A stretch of 64,000 nt of DNA from Heptranchias perlo (lineage: Eukaryota), in the NCBI RefSeq assembly GCF_035084215.1, contig NC_090357.1, forward strand, positions 9,920,001-9,984,000, given 5' to 3'. Below, piece after piece: positions 38,166 to 50,810 of the stretch; position 1 is the stretch's first letter, and every line of letters begins with the position of its first letter. The translations under genes and the position numbers were made by a program. The notes under the pieces were generated by a model. The model saw only the letters and a list, made by a program, of their open reading frames with translations, did not search any database and was not told the DNA's origin.

Positions 38166-39244
38166 TCTAGCTTTCTCCACCTACAAAAATCCACTTTTCC
38201 CGATGCACTGTTATGCTGATGTTTAAGAGGTGATTGAAACCAGTAGAGCTTTGTGACATTATTTGACAGGTCACATCACAGTCCTTAGCAAGAGAAAAAA
38301 ATAACATAGGTTTTATTTTGTTCTTTTCCTCTTTTTTATCATTCTTTTGATTCCTTCAGATAACATGAAAAATAGGCAGCAATTCGTCAGCACAGTGCCA
38401 ACGTCTCTAGTTTATAAAATTTCATTTGATTCGTAGAACCATTATCTCATCTCTGAGAGAGAAGTGATGGGATTCTTGGCAGCCATCCAAGCAAGAAACT
38501 ATTATAATATACACAAGATAGCGACTATCCTGAGTGTATTAGAGGCTGTAACACAATTGCAGGGTTCAGATGATGTTAATAAACTGTTCCAGCTCTGCTC
38601 TTGCATTTTATGATGTCATTCAAACCCATCGATTGTATTTTAAGCTTGTGATAGACTCTTGGGCACATGTTGTTCTGTGAGTTCATTACAATCTCATGCT
38701 CATTTTTCTGCATCTTCATAAAACTAAAACAATAAAACTTTAAAAAAAATAAAAATTAAAGAGGAGGAAAGTGTGTGTGTAATAAAATATACACAGCATG
38801 ACATCCTGAATGCAACACAAAGCAAACATTTACATTAAGAGCTGTGTATAACTTGTCCTGTGTACCATGGGACAGGTAGTCAATGAATCTACATCATTGC
38901 TATTTATTTTTTAAATTAATTAATGCAAAGAATATTATTTATAATTCAGAAATTATGATTTTTGAATGTTCCGCTTGAGACTTATTTTTAAGGTATTTTC
39001 TCCACTTCCCTCTTGGATCATTCTGTAACTTTCACAGGAAAAATGGCAGGAGATGATTTGTTCCCCTGTCTCTACCAGTGCCTGTCTGAAACTAGTCCCT
39101 ACAAAGTGCAAAAAATCAGTGTGGGCTGATGGTCCCTTTGATTTTTCATCCCTTCCCACAGGTAAAGCCCGTCTGTTTATGCAGGGAATCATATGGCAAA
39201 CTACAGGTATGATACTGCAGTGACAATGTAACATCACATTACCT

Positions 39245-39745
39245 CAGTCACCCACAAGCTCGACTTCTCCAAAGTTCTCTCCACATGCTTCCCGAGTTCC
39301 TCCCTATACAAACCCCAGCACATCCAGAACTTCCTGACCTGCATCCTAACTGAGCCCCACTCACCGATCACGCCTCCTCATCAACCCCCACTGGCTCCCC
39401 ATCCCAGATGCATTAATCTTAAAATGCTCATCCTCATCTACAAATCCTGCCATGGCCTTACTCCCTCCGACCTCTGCAAAACTCTTCCAGGCCACATAGC
39501 AGCTCACACTCTCCCCTTTTCTGAGTGTTTCCCTATCTCTCCTCTTCGCCATCAGTGACAGAGTTTCAGCCATCAAAGCCCTGTTGTCTCGAATTTTCTC
39601 CCAAAACCCCCTGTTGAATTATCCTTAAAGCCTACCTCTGAGAGTTTGCCTTCAGTTACCTCACCTAACACCTCTCCAATCCCCTGTTTGATGTCTGAGT
39701 TTGTCCTCCATCCCTACTTTGACGTGCCTTGCTATGTTAAATGCT
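39245..39745 (+). mobile_element. Old L2 LINE 3' end
   Basis: LDFSK.L, QHIQN, ITPP..PHWLPIP..INLKMLILIYKSCHGL motifs. Confidence 0.75.
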
Positions 39746-40521
39746 GTTCTCTTGGTTCATCTTTAAGCTATCAAAATACAATAAAGTATCAATCAATTTG
39801 ATTGAGAAATGTGAGAACAACAAAATTAAACACTTACCGACACTGAAAAGGGATCTGCAGTCTTGAAAATGCGTAGTTTGATTTTCTGAATTAGAACAGT
39901 TAAAGGCCTTCAGGGCCTTTTTTTAATCATTGGATTCTCCTCTCCCTACCCCTCCCCCAAAATTGCATTGATTTTCCTTTTGGTTTAATGGTCATCTTAT
40001 GTTAACATGGCCAACTTTGGTCTTTTTTTGTGTTGGAGGCTTTTTTATACTTGGATTTGTGGAAACCATAGAACTACATTAAACTCATCAGCACACAAAC
40101 GATAGCACACAAATTGAAAATGTTCTACTGTTTGAGTATTTATGCTGCTACATGCAAGAAAATAAAGTATCTTTGATTTTCACATTTAGACTTTGAAGGA
40201 TATGGAACTTGGTATTTTAATTTCCAGTCACACATTTTACCAATTAGGCTAGAGTTTTTGGCAAATTCAGGAAATGTATAAGATTGTAACCTCCCTATCA
40301 TCACCACTACCTCCCTGGCACTCTCCTGACTTCTGGGTTCCGTTTGCACATGCACAGGTGCCGTGGTGTATCTCAGGCGGTCTTCTTTTCAATTTGTTGC
40401 AGGTGGGAGTTGTGCATGCTTCTTCAAGAACGGACGACCATTCATCATTCCTTCAAGATTTCTTCCCTAAACATTTATTGCTGTGTTTGTATTTTCTGCA
40501 CCGATGGTAACAAAGATTAAG

Positions 40522-40942
40522 CCCGTCTACCACCCTAAACATTCACTCCCTTCACCACCGGTGCACAGTGGCTGCAGTGCGTATCATCCACAGGATGCAC
40601 TGCAGCAACTCGCCAAGGCTACTTCGACAGCACCTCCCAAACCCACGACCTCCACCACCTAGAAGGACAAGAGCAGCAGGCACATGGGAACAATACCACC
40701 TGCACGTTCCCCTCCAAGTCACACACAATCCCGACTTGGAAATATATCGCCGTTCCTTCATCGTCGCTGGGTCAAAATCCTGGAACTCCCTTCCTAACAG
40801 CACTGTGGGAGAACCTTCACCAGACGGACTGCAGAGGTTCAAGAAGGCGGCTCACCACCACCTTCTCAAGGGCAATTAGGGATGGGCAATAAATGCCGGC
40901 CTCGCCAGCAACGCCCACATCCCATGAACAAATTTTAAAAAA
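40522..40942 (+). mobile_element. LINE family B 3' fragment (about 420 bp, young)
   Basis: Near-identical inverted counterpart of 31174-31587. Confidence 0.95.
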
Positions 40943-40970
40943 GCACCCCGTGAAAAAATGATAGCCTATA

Positions 40971-41647
40971 TGGGGGAGAAATTGGGCTTTAGCGGGGAAC
41001 TGGTGCAAATTTTGCGATGTGTTGAAAATGCGAGCTCAAAAGACGGAGGCCTGAGGTACATCAGAAATTGGGCCTCGAGCCACATCTCCATAATACTGGC
41101 GAATTGCGGATGCAATCGACTGGCTCAGATGCCAAGCCGGCCCGTAGGTAAATCTTGGGGCAGGGTGTGGGGAGGAAGGGGAGGTGAACGAGAAGGAGCC
41201 AGCGCGGGCCAGAAGCGGCCTGCATTATTGCTGTGGAGCCTGAGGGAGCGTTCCTGCTCTTCCTGACTCCACGTTAAGGTAAGTGAAAACCAGAAAACTT
41301 ACCTGTTCTTTGGCTTCCTCCAGCAATCCCTTTAAGGACCACTGGTTAAGCAGCTGTGGACCTAGAAAACTAAGCAGAGCATGCTCGTCGCATGCAAGGC
41401 CCAGTTTTTTCTCAATTTTGCATCTGGTTTCTGAAACAGGCGTTAGGCCCCCGATTAGTTAATTCAAGGAACCCAACGCCTGTTTCAGGCTAGCGCCCTG
41501 AATGACTAAAAATTGCCCGATCCAAAATGCCAGCCACTAAACTTTGGGTGCAGATCAGACGTGGGAAATCCTGGCCCAATTTTGGGAAGTTTTTCCCCTT
41601 GTTTTACATCCAGAAAATGGGCGAAATGAGGTTGAATTTCTTCCCCT
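40971..41647. mobile_element. Harbinger-like non-autonomous element
   Basis: GC/CpG-rich, with imperfect TIRs GGGGAGAAATT / AATTTCTTCCCC. The internal CCCTTTAAGG motif also occurs at 34.8 and 47.8 kb. Confidence 0.55.
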
Positions 41648-41988
41648 ATGTCTCTCCAGATTTACGGGTGACACTTGGTGTGATGATATTCTAAACAAAA
41701 GATTTAAACAGCTCTTCTATTTTGTTGGTCTCATCTTGCCATAAGCCAACTTTCTCCGACACCTGGTGGTGGGTGAGTGAGGGCAGCCCAGAGTAATATT
41801 CTCTTTTCAAGTTTTCCCATCTGGTATCTCCTCTCCTCACAAGGACATGGCTGAGAACTCACTACATGGAAAACCATGGGACAAACCTAATACACCTGCC
41901 TCACTCTATGGGGCAACTGATTGAAGCTCCGACATACTATAGCAATGTGTCACCTCCAGTGACTTCTCACCTCAACAAATCACACGAT

Positions 41989-42156
41989 GGGGGTAATTTT
42001 AACCTAACCAGCCCAGCGGGAAAGTGACACGATTAGATTGGCCACCCGTTTTATTCTCCAGTGAAGTCAATATGAATAAAATCTGTCGGGGTGTAAGACA
42101 GGCGGCTGATTCCATTGTCAGCTTCACGCCAGGTGGGTTAGGTTAAAATTGCTCCC
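41989..42156. mobile_element. Palindromic Harbinger-type MITE
   Basis: TIRs GGGGGTAATTTTAACCTAACC / GGTTAGGTTAAAATTGCTCCC and a central TGAAGTCAAT motif. Confidence 0.8.
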
Positions 42157-43189
42157 AATAAGTCAGCAATTGCTAGTTAGTTTGTGGACGTCTGCTACTT
42201 GTTTATGCAGTCATCGTTTAATTTATTTTGGGATATTTATCTCTTTCACTGAGTTTTTAATGTAGAAGGAGTGCATTACAGGGCCCTGCTGTAAATTAAC
42301 CTCTGTGCTGAGTTTGAGCAGGATTTGTAACAGTTCATCTGTACTTGTAAACAGTGAAGAAACAGAAATGCATTTGAGAATATCACAATGCGAGTGCTTC
42401 AGTAACAAAAGGAGCTTGTGAACAAGATGACAGCGCGATGGCACAATTGTCAATCTTCTTCATTATCACAAAGTAATGTAAGAGGCTTATTTTTTTTTCT
42501 GCGGAGGAAGATGTGGGGTCAAATTTAATTCACCCAGAGAAAATAAGCAGGCATAGCATCAGAGAGAAGGCTTCATCCTTTCTTTGTACAATGCAGTGAT
42601 AACTCCCTTCCCAGCCCATTGTGTTGATACAAGAGCTTCTGTTTGAACATTCCTTCCTGTTGATTTCTACAGATACAAGAATAAAAGGTGATCAGAATTA
42701 TATTTCAGAACCACTGGAAGGTGTAAATGTAACCAACAAGAATCAAGATGAATAGCAGTTTTTGCATTGTTGTTACATAAGGAATAATAGACGCTTGGAA
42801 GAGAATTGTAAAGTAGAAATGCAATTGTCATAAACAAAGAAAGGAAATCTTGACTGCTTTGTGAATATGATCTAAACCCTGAGATTAGATAATTTTGTAA
42901 TTATTTATAATATTATGTGTGGGAATGCCGGAGAAACTGAATATATATGTCATTACATGCTGGCATTTTAGTAATGTCAATTTGTAGCAGAATGTGAAAA
43001 AATATGCTTACAAGATGCTATTTATTATATTACAACATACAAAATATATATGCTGTAAATAAATACACAATTCCACAAATAATTTATTGTAAAAGTGTAA
43101 TAAATTAGCAAAGGCCACCTAATCCTGTACGTTCGACACATATAGTAGGATTGGCATTTGGTGTTACCAGGTTACATACTAATTTTAAT

Positions 43190-43895
43190 AAAAGTTGTTC
43201 TTGAGATGTGGGCAAGTCCTGGAAAGTGGCATATATTGTCCAAACCTAATTGACTGAGAAGGTGGTGGTGGTGGGCCTTCTTCTTGAACTGCTGAAGTCC
43301 TTGTGCTGATGGTGTTGCCACAATGGTGTGAGGCAAGGAATTGTCGGAAAAGTATGTCCAAGTCAGTGGAACTTTGAGGTGATGGCATTTCCATGATCTT
43401 GCTGCTCTTATTCTTTTTTGCGGTAGAGGTTACAGGGCTGAGAGATGCTGTCAAAGTAATCTTGGTGGGTTGCAATGAATCCTGTAGCTAGTCCACACTG
43501 CAGCCACGGTGAGCTGGTAGTGGAGGGACTGGATACTGAGCTCAGTAGCAAGGGCACTTATCAAGCAGACTTCTTTGTCCTGAATGGTGTCAAGCTTCTT
43601 GATTGTTGTTCCAACTGCACCCAACCAGGGGAGTGGTGAGCCTCCCATCACACTCCTGACTTGAGTCTTGTAGAAGGTGAAAACGCTTTGAGGGATCAGG
43701 AGTTCCGCCACTTGTCGCAGAGTACCCAGCCTCTGCTCTTCCACTTTTTTGATGTGGCTGGTCCAGTTAAGCTTAGGATGTTAAAGGTACGAGACTCAGC
43801 AATGATGGTGCCATTGTAGGTCAGTGGGGTGTGGTTCCGCCTTTTCTTGTTGGAGATGGTCATTATCTGGTGCTTATGTGGTGTGAATGTAAAAT
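43190..43895 (-). mobile_element. Older LINE family B fragment
   Basis: QRLGTLRQV..YKTQVRSVM..KKLDTIQDK, a diverged homologue of 7312-8212. Confidence 0.85.
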
Positions 43896-43962
43896 CTCTT
43901 CTACTTCTATATTCTAATTCTTCCCATCTTGAACTTTTACACCTTTGTATGTGAAATGTTAA

Positions 43963-45380
43963 AATTACATAGAATCTACAGCACAGGCCACTTGGCCCAA
44001 CTGGTCTAAGCCGGCATTTATGCTCAATACGAGCATCCTCCCACTCTACTTCATCTAACCCTATCACCATATCCTTCTATTCTTTCTCCTTCATGTGTAG
44101 ATCTAGCTTCCCCTTTAATTGCATCTATGCTATTTGCCTCAACTACTCTTTGTGGTAGCACGTTCCACATTCTTACCACTCTTTGGGTCAAGAGCTTTCT
44201 CCTGAATTCCCTATTAGATTTATTAGTGACTATCTTATATTTTTGGCCTCTAGTTTTGGACTACCCCACAAGTGGAAACATTTTCTCTATGTCTACCCTA
44301 TCAAAATCTTTCATTATCTTAAAGGCCTCTATCAGGTCACCCCTCAGCCTTCTCTTTTCTAGAGAAAAGAACCCCAGCCTAGTTAGCCTTTCCTGATAAG
44401 TATATCGTCTCAGTTCTGGTATCATCCTTGTGAATCTTTTCTGCACCTTCTCCAATGCCTCTATATCCTTTTTATAATATGGAGAACAGAAATGTGCACA
44501 GAAATCCAAGTGTGGTCTAACCAAGGTTTTACACAAGTTTAACATAACTTCTCTGCTTTTCAATTCTATCCCTCTAGATATGAACCTCAGTGCTTTATAT
44601 GCCTTTTTTTATGGCCTAACTAATCTGCATTGCTACTTTTAGTGATTTATGTATCTGTTCCCTGAGATCCCTTTGCTCCTCTACCCCATTTAGACTCTTA
44701 TTATCCAAGCAATATGTGGCCTCCTTATTCTTCCTACCAAAATGCGCCACCTCACATTTATCTATATTCAAATTAATTTGCCAATTACACATTCATTCTA
44801 CAAGTTTATTAATGTCTTCTTGCATTTTGATGCATTCTTCATTTGTATTAAATACATCCTTAATTTGGTGTCGTCCATAAATTTTTTAATTGTTCTACCG
44901 ATTCTCGCGTACAAATCATTAATGTAAATTGTAAACAACAGTGGTCCCAGCAACGATCCCTATGGAACACCACTTCCTACCTTTTTCCAGTCTGAATAGC
45001 TACCCTTAACCCCCACTCTCTGTTTCCTGTTTTGCAGTCAGCTTGCTATCCATTCTGCTACCTGTCCCCTGACTCCACATGCTCTAACCTTAATCATGAG
45101 TCTACATTGTGGTATTTTATCGAAGGCCTTTTGAAAATCTAAATATATTACATCTACTACATTACCCTTGTTTACTCTTTCTGTTACTTCTTCAAAGAAT
45201 TCAATAAGGTTCGTTAAGCATGACTTTCCCTTCTGAAATCCATGCTGACTACTCTATTATATTTTTGTTTTCTAGATGCTTTTCTATTACATCTTTGAGT
45301 AAAGACTCCATCATCTTTCCTACCGCCGACATTAAGCTAACTGGTCTATAGTCCCCTGGACTTGCTCTATCTCCCTGTTT
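43963..45380 (-). mobile_element. CR1 LINE family A, 5'-truncated
   Basis: KTLVRPHLDFCAHFCSPYYKKDIEALEKVQKRFTRMIP; same family as 1770-3380. Confidence 0.95.
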
Positions 45381-47284
45381 CAGTGGAGATTTAAAATAAA
45401 TAGGTTAACATGCTCACTAAAATAACGGAAAGGAATTTCACACAAACATGTGAAATGTTTAAGTGGTATTACCCGCAGTGTCATTTTAATACCTAAAAGA
45501 GTCAATTAAGCTGGTAGAATTGGAGATCAAAGGATCGCTAAGGTGGAAAACAAATTTCAACAGAGTGACTTGTCTTTTATAATAAAAATGTGGCAGAAAA
45601 TAATTTTGCTTTGTGATCTCACTCTTTTTATTGTAGCTTAGTTAGAACTCAAAATATATCAAAAATTCAAAGTGAACCAATTGGACACAATTAAATGTAG
45701 AATCGATTCCAATATTAACCACCTTATTCTGTTTCTAGAAAAAGATTTTTGACTGTTCAAATTTATATGTGCCTGTCCCTTTAAGAAAATGTTGACATAG
45801 GTGTGGAAACATCTGGTATTAGTATACAGGCCGGTCAAATTACTGACAATCTGCTCAGCAGGAGTTGGTGTTCTATTTCTTTCTAATGTTTTCATACATA
45901 TTGCAACTAACTCATGTTTTTAAGCAATTCTGGTTCAAAATGGCACAATTTGATTGGGTTCTGAGGCCCATCTTACTACCTACTTCTGGAAGAGACTTTT
46001 GTGTTATCACTAACCTGTCACACTGATGTTCACAGGCCTCAAGATAACAAAATATTAATTTGATCTAGGATGGAAAGATCTTAACTATATATGCTCTGTG
46101 GTGTATACCTCAAGTTCCAGAAGAGGCTTAACCTTGACCTCAGTAATCAAATTTGCTGGATCATCTCCATGGCTCCTTAAGGGGTGTTAAAAAAACACTT
46201 CTGAGAGAAAATTGCAGCCAGTGCACCCACTATTTTCTGATGACTACCCACTGTGTAAGGGGCTCCAACAGTGGTGTGGGGTCTTAGAAAATTTTGCCCA
46301 CTCTTTATACCTGAAGACATTTTTTTTCCAAGAGTAATTGCCCCTTTATGAACTTTCCTTGTTGCAGTATATTGTGCTATTAGTATTTTGTCAATTTTTT
46401 TGTACTTAAAAATAACTTGTAAATAAATACGTTTGTTGTTGTGTGTCTGAGTTCAGCATCCACTGTTCTAAAGTGAGTGTGACTGTGTAGCATGAGATTA
46501 CATTTAATGCATTATGCAGATGACTCCAAGTAAGGGTAATTGTTAACCCTCAGGTCGCACAGCTCCACATGGGCAGACCGCAGAAAATGTACAGCTGCTG
46601 GACTGTGAGGTACAAGGTCCACCTATTAGAATGACTGTGAAACTGTTGAAAAAGAAAATAGTTTGATTAAAAACCTGAAAATCTAAACAGCGTGGGAAGG
46701 CTGCATCAGGAAACAAACTATCAGGCTCTGCATCATTATTCCATCTATAAATGGAATGCAATGTAGAAATTTTTAAAATAAATTCTTTGATTTGGGGCAT
46801 TGGGTGATGCAATGGTTCAGAATACTTCTTTCATCTGTGGCAGTCGGGCTTGCACCTAGCCCAAACCAAATGGAACGATAGATGCTTCTTAACTAAAGAA
46901 ATCATGAAACGACTGGGTATTTTGAAATATTGATAACATTTGTTAACTACTTCAAGTCAATATTTAAAGCTGGCACATTAGAGGAACTCTAGATTAAAGG
47001 GCAATATTTTTTACCAGGATTGAAAACAAAGTAATTGTGATGATGTAGTCGGTGATGCGATGTGTTATCATCACATTACTAATTACATCCGTTCTATAAA
47101 TTTTAATTAAAAACTAAAAAAAATGTTTTAAATTTTCACTCAAGTAGAGTGAATCCCAAATGGTCCAGTGGGCCAAGGCTTCCAAATTCCTATTTGGTTG
47201 TTGTGAGCAGGGTGAAATCCTCTTTCTCTGAACGTCGCTTATAATGAAAAGAAAACTGCTTTTCAAAAAACACAGCCCATCTCG

Positions 47285-47466
47285 TACTAATTTTAGCTTA
47301 ACCAGCAGGATACTGATGGGATGGGGTCGACTGCCCATTTTACAACCTGTCTGATTTTATTTTCCACTGACTTCAATCTAAAGTAAAATCTGGCAGTGTG
47401 CAAAACGGGCAGCTCATCTGATTCCGTCAGTTTCCCGCTGGGTGGGTTAGGTTAAAAATACCCTCT
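47285..47466. mobile_element. Palindromic MITE, same family as 41989-42156
   Basis: AATTTTAGCTTAACC...GGTGGGTTAGGTTAAAATACCC and a central TGACTTCAAT. Confidence 0.75.
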
Positions 47467-48079
47467 ATGTGATTGTAACCTTTTATAGTGATCAGTGAAG
47501 CTCAATGGTAGTGATCATTTTAGTGGTAGTTCCCCATTGTGGAAAGACAATCAAGTGAATTGAAGCATTGTTGATCTGTATTTTTAAGTAGTTAAGCTGC
47601 ATTTCACTCATAATCCTGGTTTTTGGTCTACAGCGAATGGAATAAAATAAAAGCAGCAACAAACTTTTTATAGCACTATCTATCTGAGCATACATTGAGG
47701 GTGCGGGGGTGGGAGAGACTGAGTAGCTGTTTAATTTCCTGTTTAAAAGACGTACTTTAGGTTGTTATGTGGGCGGCTTGTAAGCAGTCCCTTTAAGGCC
47801 TGCTGGTTAGGCTGCTTACCAGCGGGTGGAGTGTAACATGGTGCGTGCTCTGACCATTGGTACCTCAAAATTGCATTGGTTTAGGACCCTGACTTACAGA
47901 TTAAAAGTGGCCTCCTGCCTGAAACTGGTGGGGGCTCTGGCCGCCCATTTCCACCACAGGTCGGAAGCAGCGGCGGCTGTGTCAGGAGTGGGAACGGGGC
48001 GGTAAGTGGAGCGCTGCCATTTTTGTTGTGCTCCCACCCCATTCCAGCCTGACGAAAATCTTGAAAATCAGGGGCCAAT

Positions 48080-48870
48080 TTTTCAAGCCTTTCTTCACAA
48101 TTATAAGCTCTCATTCCTGGTCTCATTCTTGTGAATCTTCACTGTTCCCTTTCCACGGCTCTAATATTTTTCCTGTAATGGACTGCACACACTATTCCCA
48201 AGTGTGGTCCAATTATTCTCTTGTATAAATTGAATATCACCTCCTTGTTTTTCTATTCAATGCCCCTATGTATGAAATCCAGAGCCTCTTTGCTTTTTAG
48301 TCGGCCTTTTCTACCTTTACAGATCTATTGACCTCTCAATCTCCCTGTTCCTGCATTCTGTTTTTAGAGTATAATTCCTTTCATTGTTCTTTTTCCCAAA
48401 ATGTACTATTGCACATTTCCCTGCATTGAATTGTATGTCACATATCTGCCCACTCTGCTAACCTGTCTGTGCTCTCCTGCAATCTCCTGCACAGTTTGCC
48501 ATAGTCTCTAATTTGATATCAGCAAACCAATATCATTAATCTTGCATTTATTTCCAAATCATTTATATAAATTGGAAACAAAAGAGGCCTTGGGCACAGT
48601 TCCCTGGGTACACTGCTACCCACATTGCACAATCCGGAAAATGCCCATTTATTCCTGCTTTCTATCTCCTGGCCTTCTCACTGTCAATGTGGCTACATTC
48701 CCTTTAATAACATATGTCTTGATTTTCACAAGTCTCTTTTGTGACACCCTATCAAACACCTTCTGAAACATATATACAACACCTACTGCATTCCCTTTAT
48801 TTATACACTGTAAAAATTCAATTAAATTAGTCAAACACAATCTGCCCTTCACAAATTCTATGCTTCAATT
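48080..48870 (-). mobile_element. Old CR1 RT fragment
   Basis: KGRLCLTNLIEF...VGVVYMFQKVFDRVSQKRLV. Confidence 0.85.
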
Positions 48871-49154
48871 CTTAATTTCATCCTGTATTATGGACTCCGG
48901 GGGGTTGATAAGGTGGCCTGAGCACCATGTTGGGTAAAGCAAGGTCAACTCATTAGTACCATGTCTCATATCACGAGTGCCAGGATTGCAATCTTGGTCA
49001 TCAGCAATAGTGAAAGTCTGCTGGTTATCCATTGTGCGTTGGGCACTTTTTGCCGATGAGGGAAGGCACCAGGAACGTAACAGGGGGAGTAGGTGATAGA
49101 ACTGTCAGAGGCTCGGAAAGACAAAGAGGTCTCTCTTTCAGTTATGTGCAGCTG

Positions 49155-49372
49155 GAGGAACAGGAGCAGGCCATTCAGCCCCTCGAACCTGTTCTGTCAT
49201 TCTATTAGATCATGGCTGATCTGTACCTCAACTCCATTTACCCACCTTTTTCCATATCCCTTGCTACCCTCACCCAACAAAAATCAAGATATTAGAATTT
49301 CAACCGACCCACCCAGCATCCACAGCTTTTTGGAGGAGCAAGTTCTAAATTTCCACTACCCTTTGTGTGAAA
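49155..49372 (-). mobile_element. CR1 3' end (different subfamily)
   Basis: GGAGCAGGCCATTCAGCCCCTCGAACCTGTTC..GATCATGGCTGATCT, a typical elasmobranch-type CR1 3' UTR. Confidence 0.75.
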
Positions 49373-49589
49373 CCCTTTGGGCTCCAGGCTTATTATGGGG
49401 CAGCCTCTTCATTTAAATAGAATTTGGGGACCTATTAAACTTAGCACACCGCTTGTGTGCAGACTCTTCGTCCGCATTGCATTCACCATCCACTTTTGGG
49501 TGCACTGGGTACTCTGGGCATGTTACGAGACTCAGGCCCCTACATTCGGTTTCCTGGGGTACCTATCACCACATTATTCTCTCCTAGAT

Positions 49590-50810
49590 ACAATGACATA
49601 AGGCTAATTGGCCTATAATTTCTCCTTCACTCAAGTACAAGATGGCCCCTTCGTCTCTAGTTGGTCCCATGCTCTTCTTTGACTATGCTTTTACTTCTCT
49701 ACTTTAAAAAAACTCCTGTTATTTCATTTATGTTGAATGCCTGGCTTTTTCATTGACCCTCTTACCTTTCCTCATCTCCCTTTTTTGCTTTCCTTTTATA
49801 CCTTTTAACTGTCTCATAGTTGTCTTCTGTAGTATTTTACCTATATTCATCATATACCTTTTTTAACCCAATTTTTCCTGTAACCTATTTATTTATAGAA
49901 CCCTAGTCTTTGACAAATACTCTTTACCTTTAGTTAACAGATATTTAACCTGTACCTCATCCATCCAGTATAAGATTTCACATTGCTGATCTGCTGTTTG
50001 ATTTGCTATTTTTTTCAATGAAACTTGCTCATTTTCACACCAAGATCTTTATCTTTGACTCCTCTTTTTCTTTATCAATTTTCGATGTGAACCTAATTAG
50101 GTTGTGGGCAATATTTCTCAAGTGTTTTTCGACTTCAGGTCACTTACTTGTCCTGTTTCATTACCCAATACCAGATCGAGCACTGCATTCCTCCTCATTG
50201 GACATGCAATATACTGATTAAACAAACAGTCCTGGATGCATTCTAAGAATGCCTCCCTGCATACGTTTGTCTTATCCCATTCTAGCCTAGGATAGGTAAA
50301 GTCCTCCATATTACAACTCTGTTAGTACTGCGAACCTTTTGTTAGTTTTGACGAAAGGTTATTGACTTGAAACGTTAACTCGGTTTCTTTCTCCACAGAT
50401 GCTGCCCGACCTGCTGAGTATTTCCAGCATTTTCTGGTTTTGTTGCAAACCTCGTCCTTGATTTCATTCTCATGATTCAGTGGTCTATAATGTGTCCCCA
50501 GAATGGTAGCAGATCTCTTCTTATTCCTTAATTCAAATTGACAGACTTTGTCTGAGCACCACTACTGATAAACGCTTCCCTTTCTATGTCTGTAATCATG
50601 TCCTTAGTTAGCAGGTCCACCCCTCCTCCCTTTTTTTCTTCTCTATTTCTCCTAAAGATGTTACAGCCGGGAACATTTTGTTCCTAGCCATGACCCGACT
50701 GAAGCCAAGTTTCTGTCATGGCAAAAACATCATTTCACTCCATTCCAACTAGTGCCTCTAGATCCTCAATTTTATTTCTAATGCTTTACATATTCATAGG
50801 TAAACAATAT
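49590..50810 (-). mobile_element. Old CR1 ORF2 APE-endonuclease region (continuation of 48080-48870)
   Basis: MTETWL, (G)DFTYP, FLECIQD.LFNQY..P.R..AVLDLVLGNE. Confidence 0.8.
50341..50445 (+). mobile_element. Penelope-like terminal fragment with degenerate hammerhead, inserted in CR1
   Basis: AGTT-TTGACGA-AAGGTTATTGACTT-GAAACGTT-AACT (C3 changed to U), followed by the same tail as 15450-15515. Confidence 0.75.

Noticed and set aside
39162-39206. 45-nt + strand micro-exon candidate
   Set aside because: The splice sites are plausible, but there is no recognisable product or other support.
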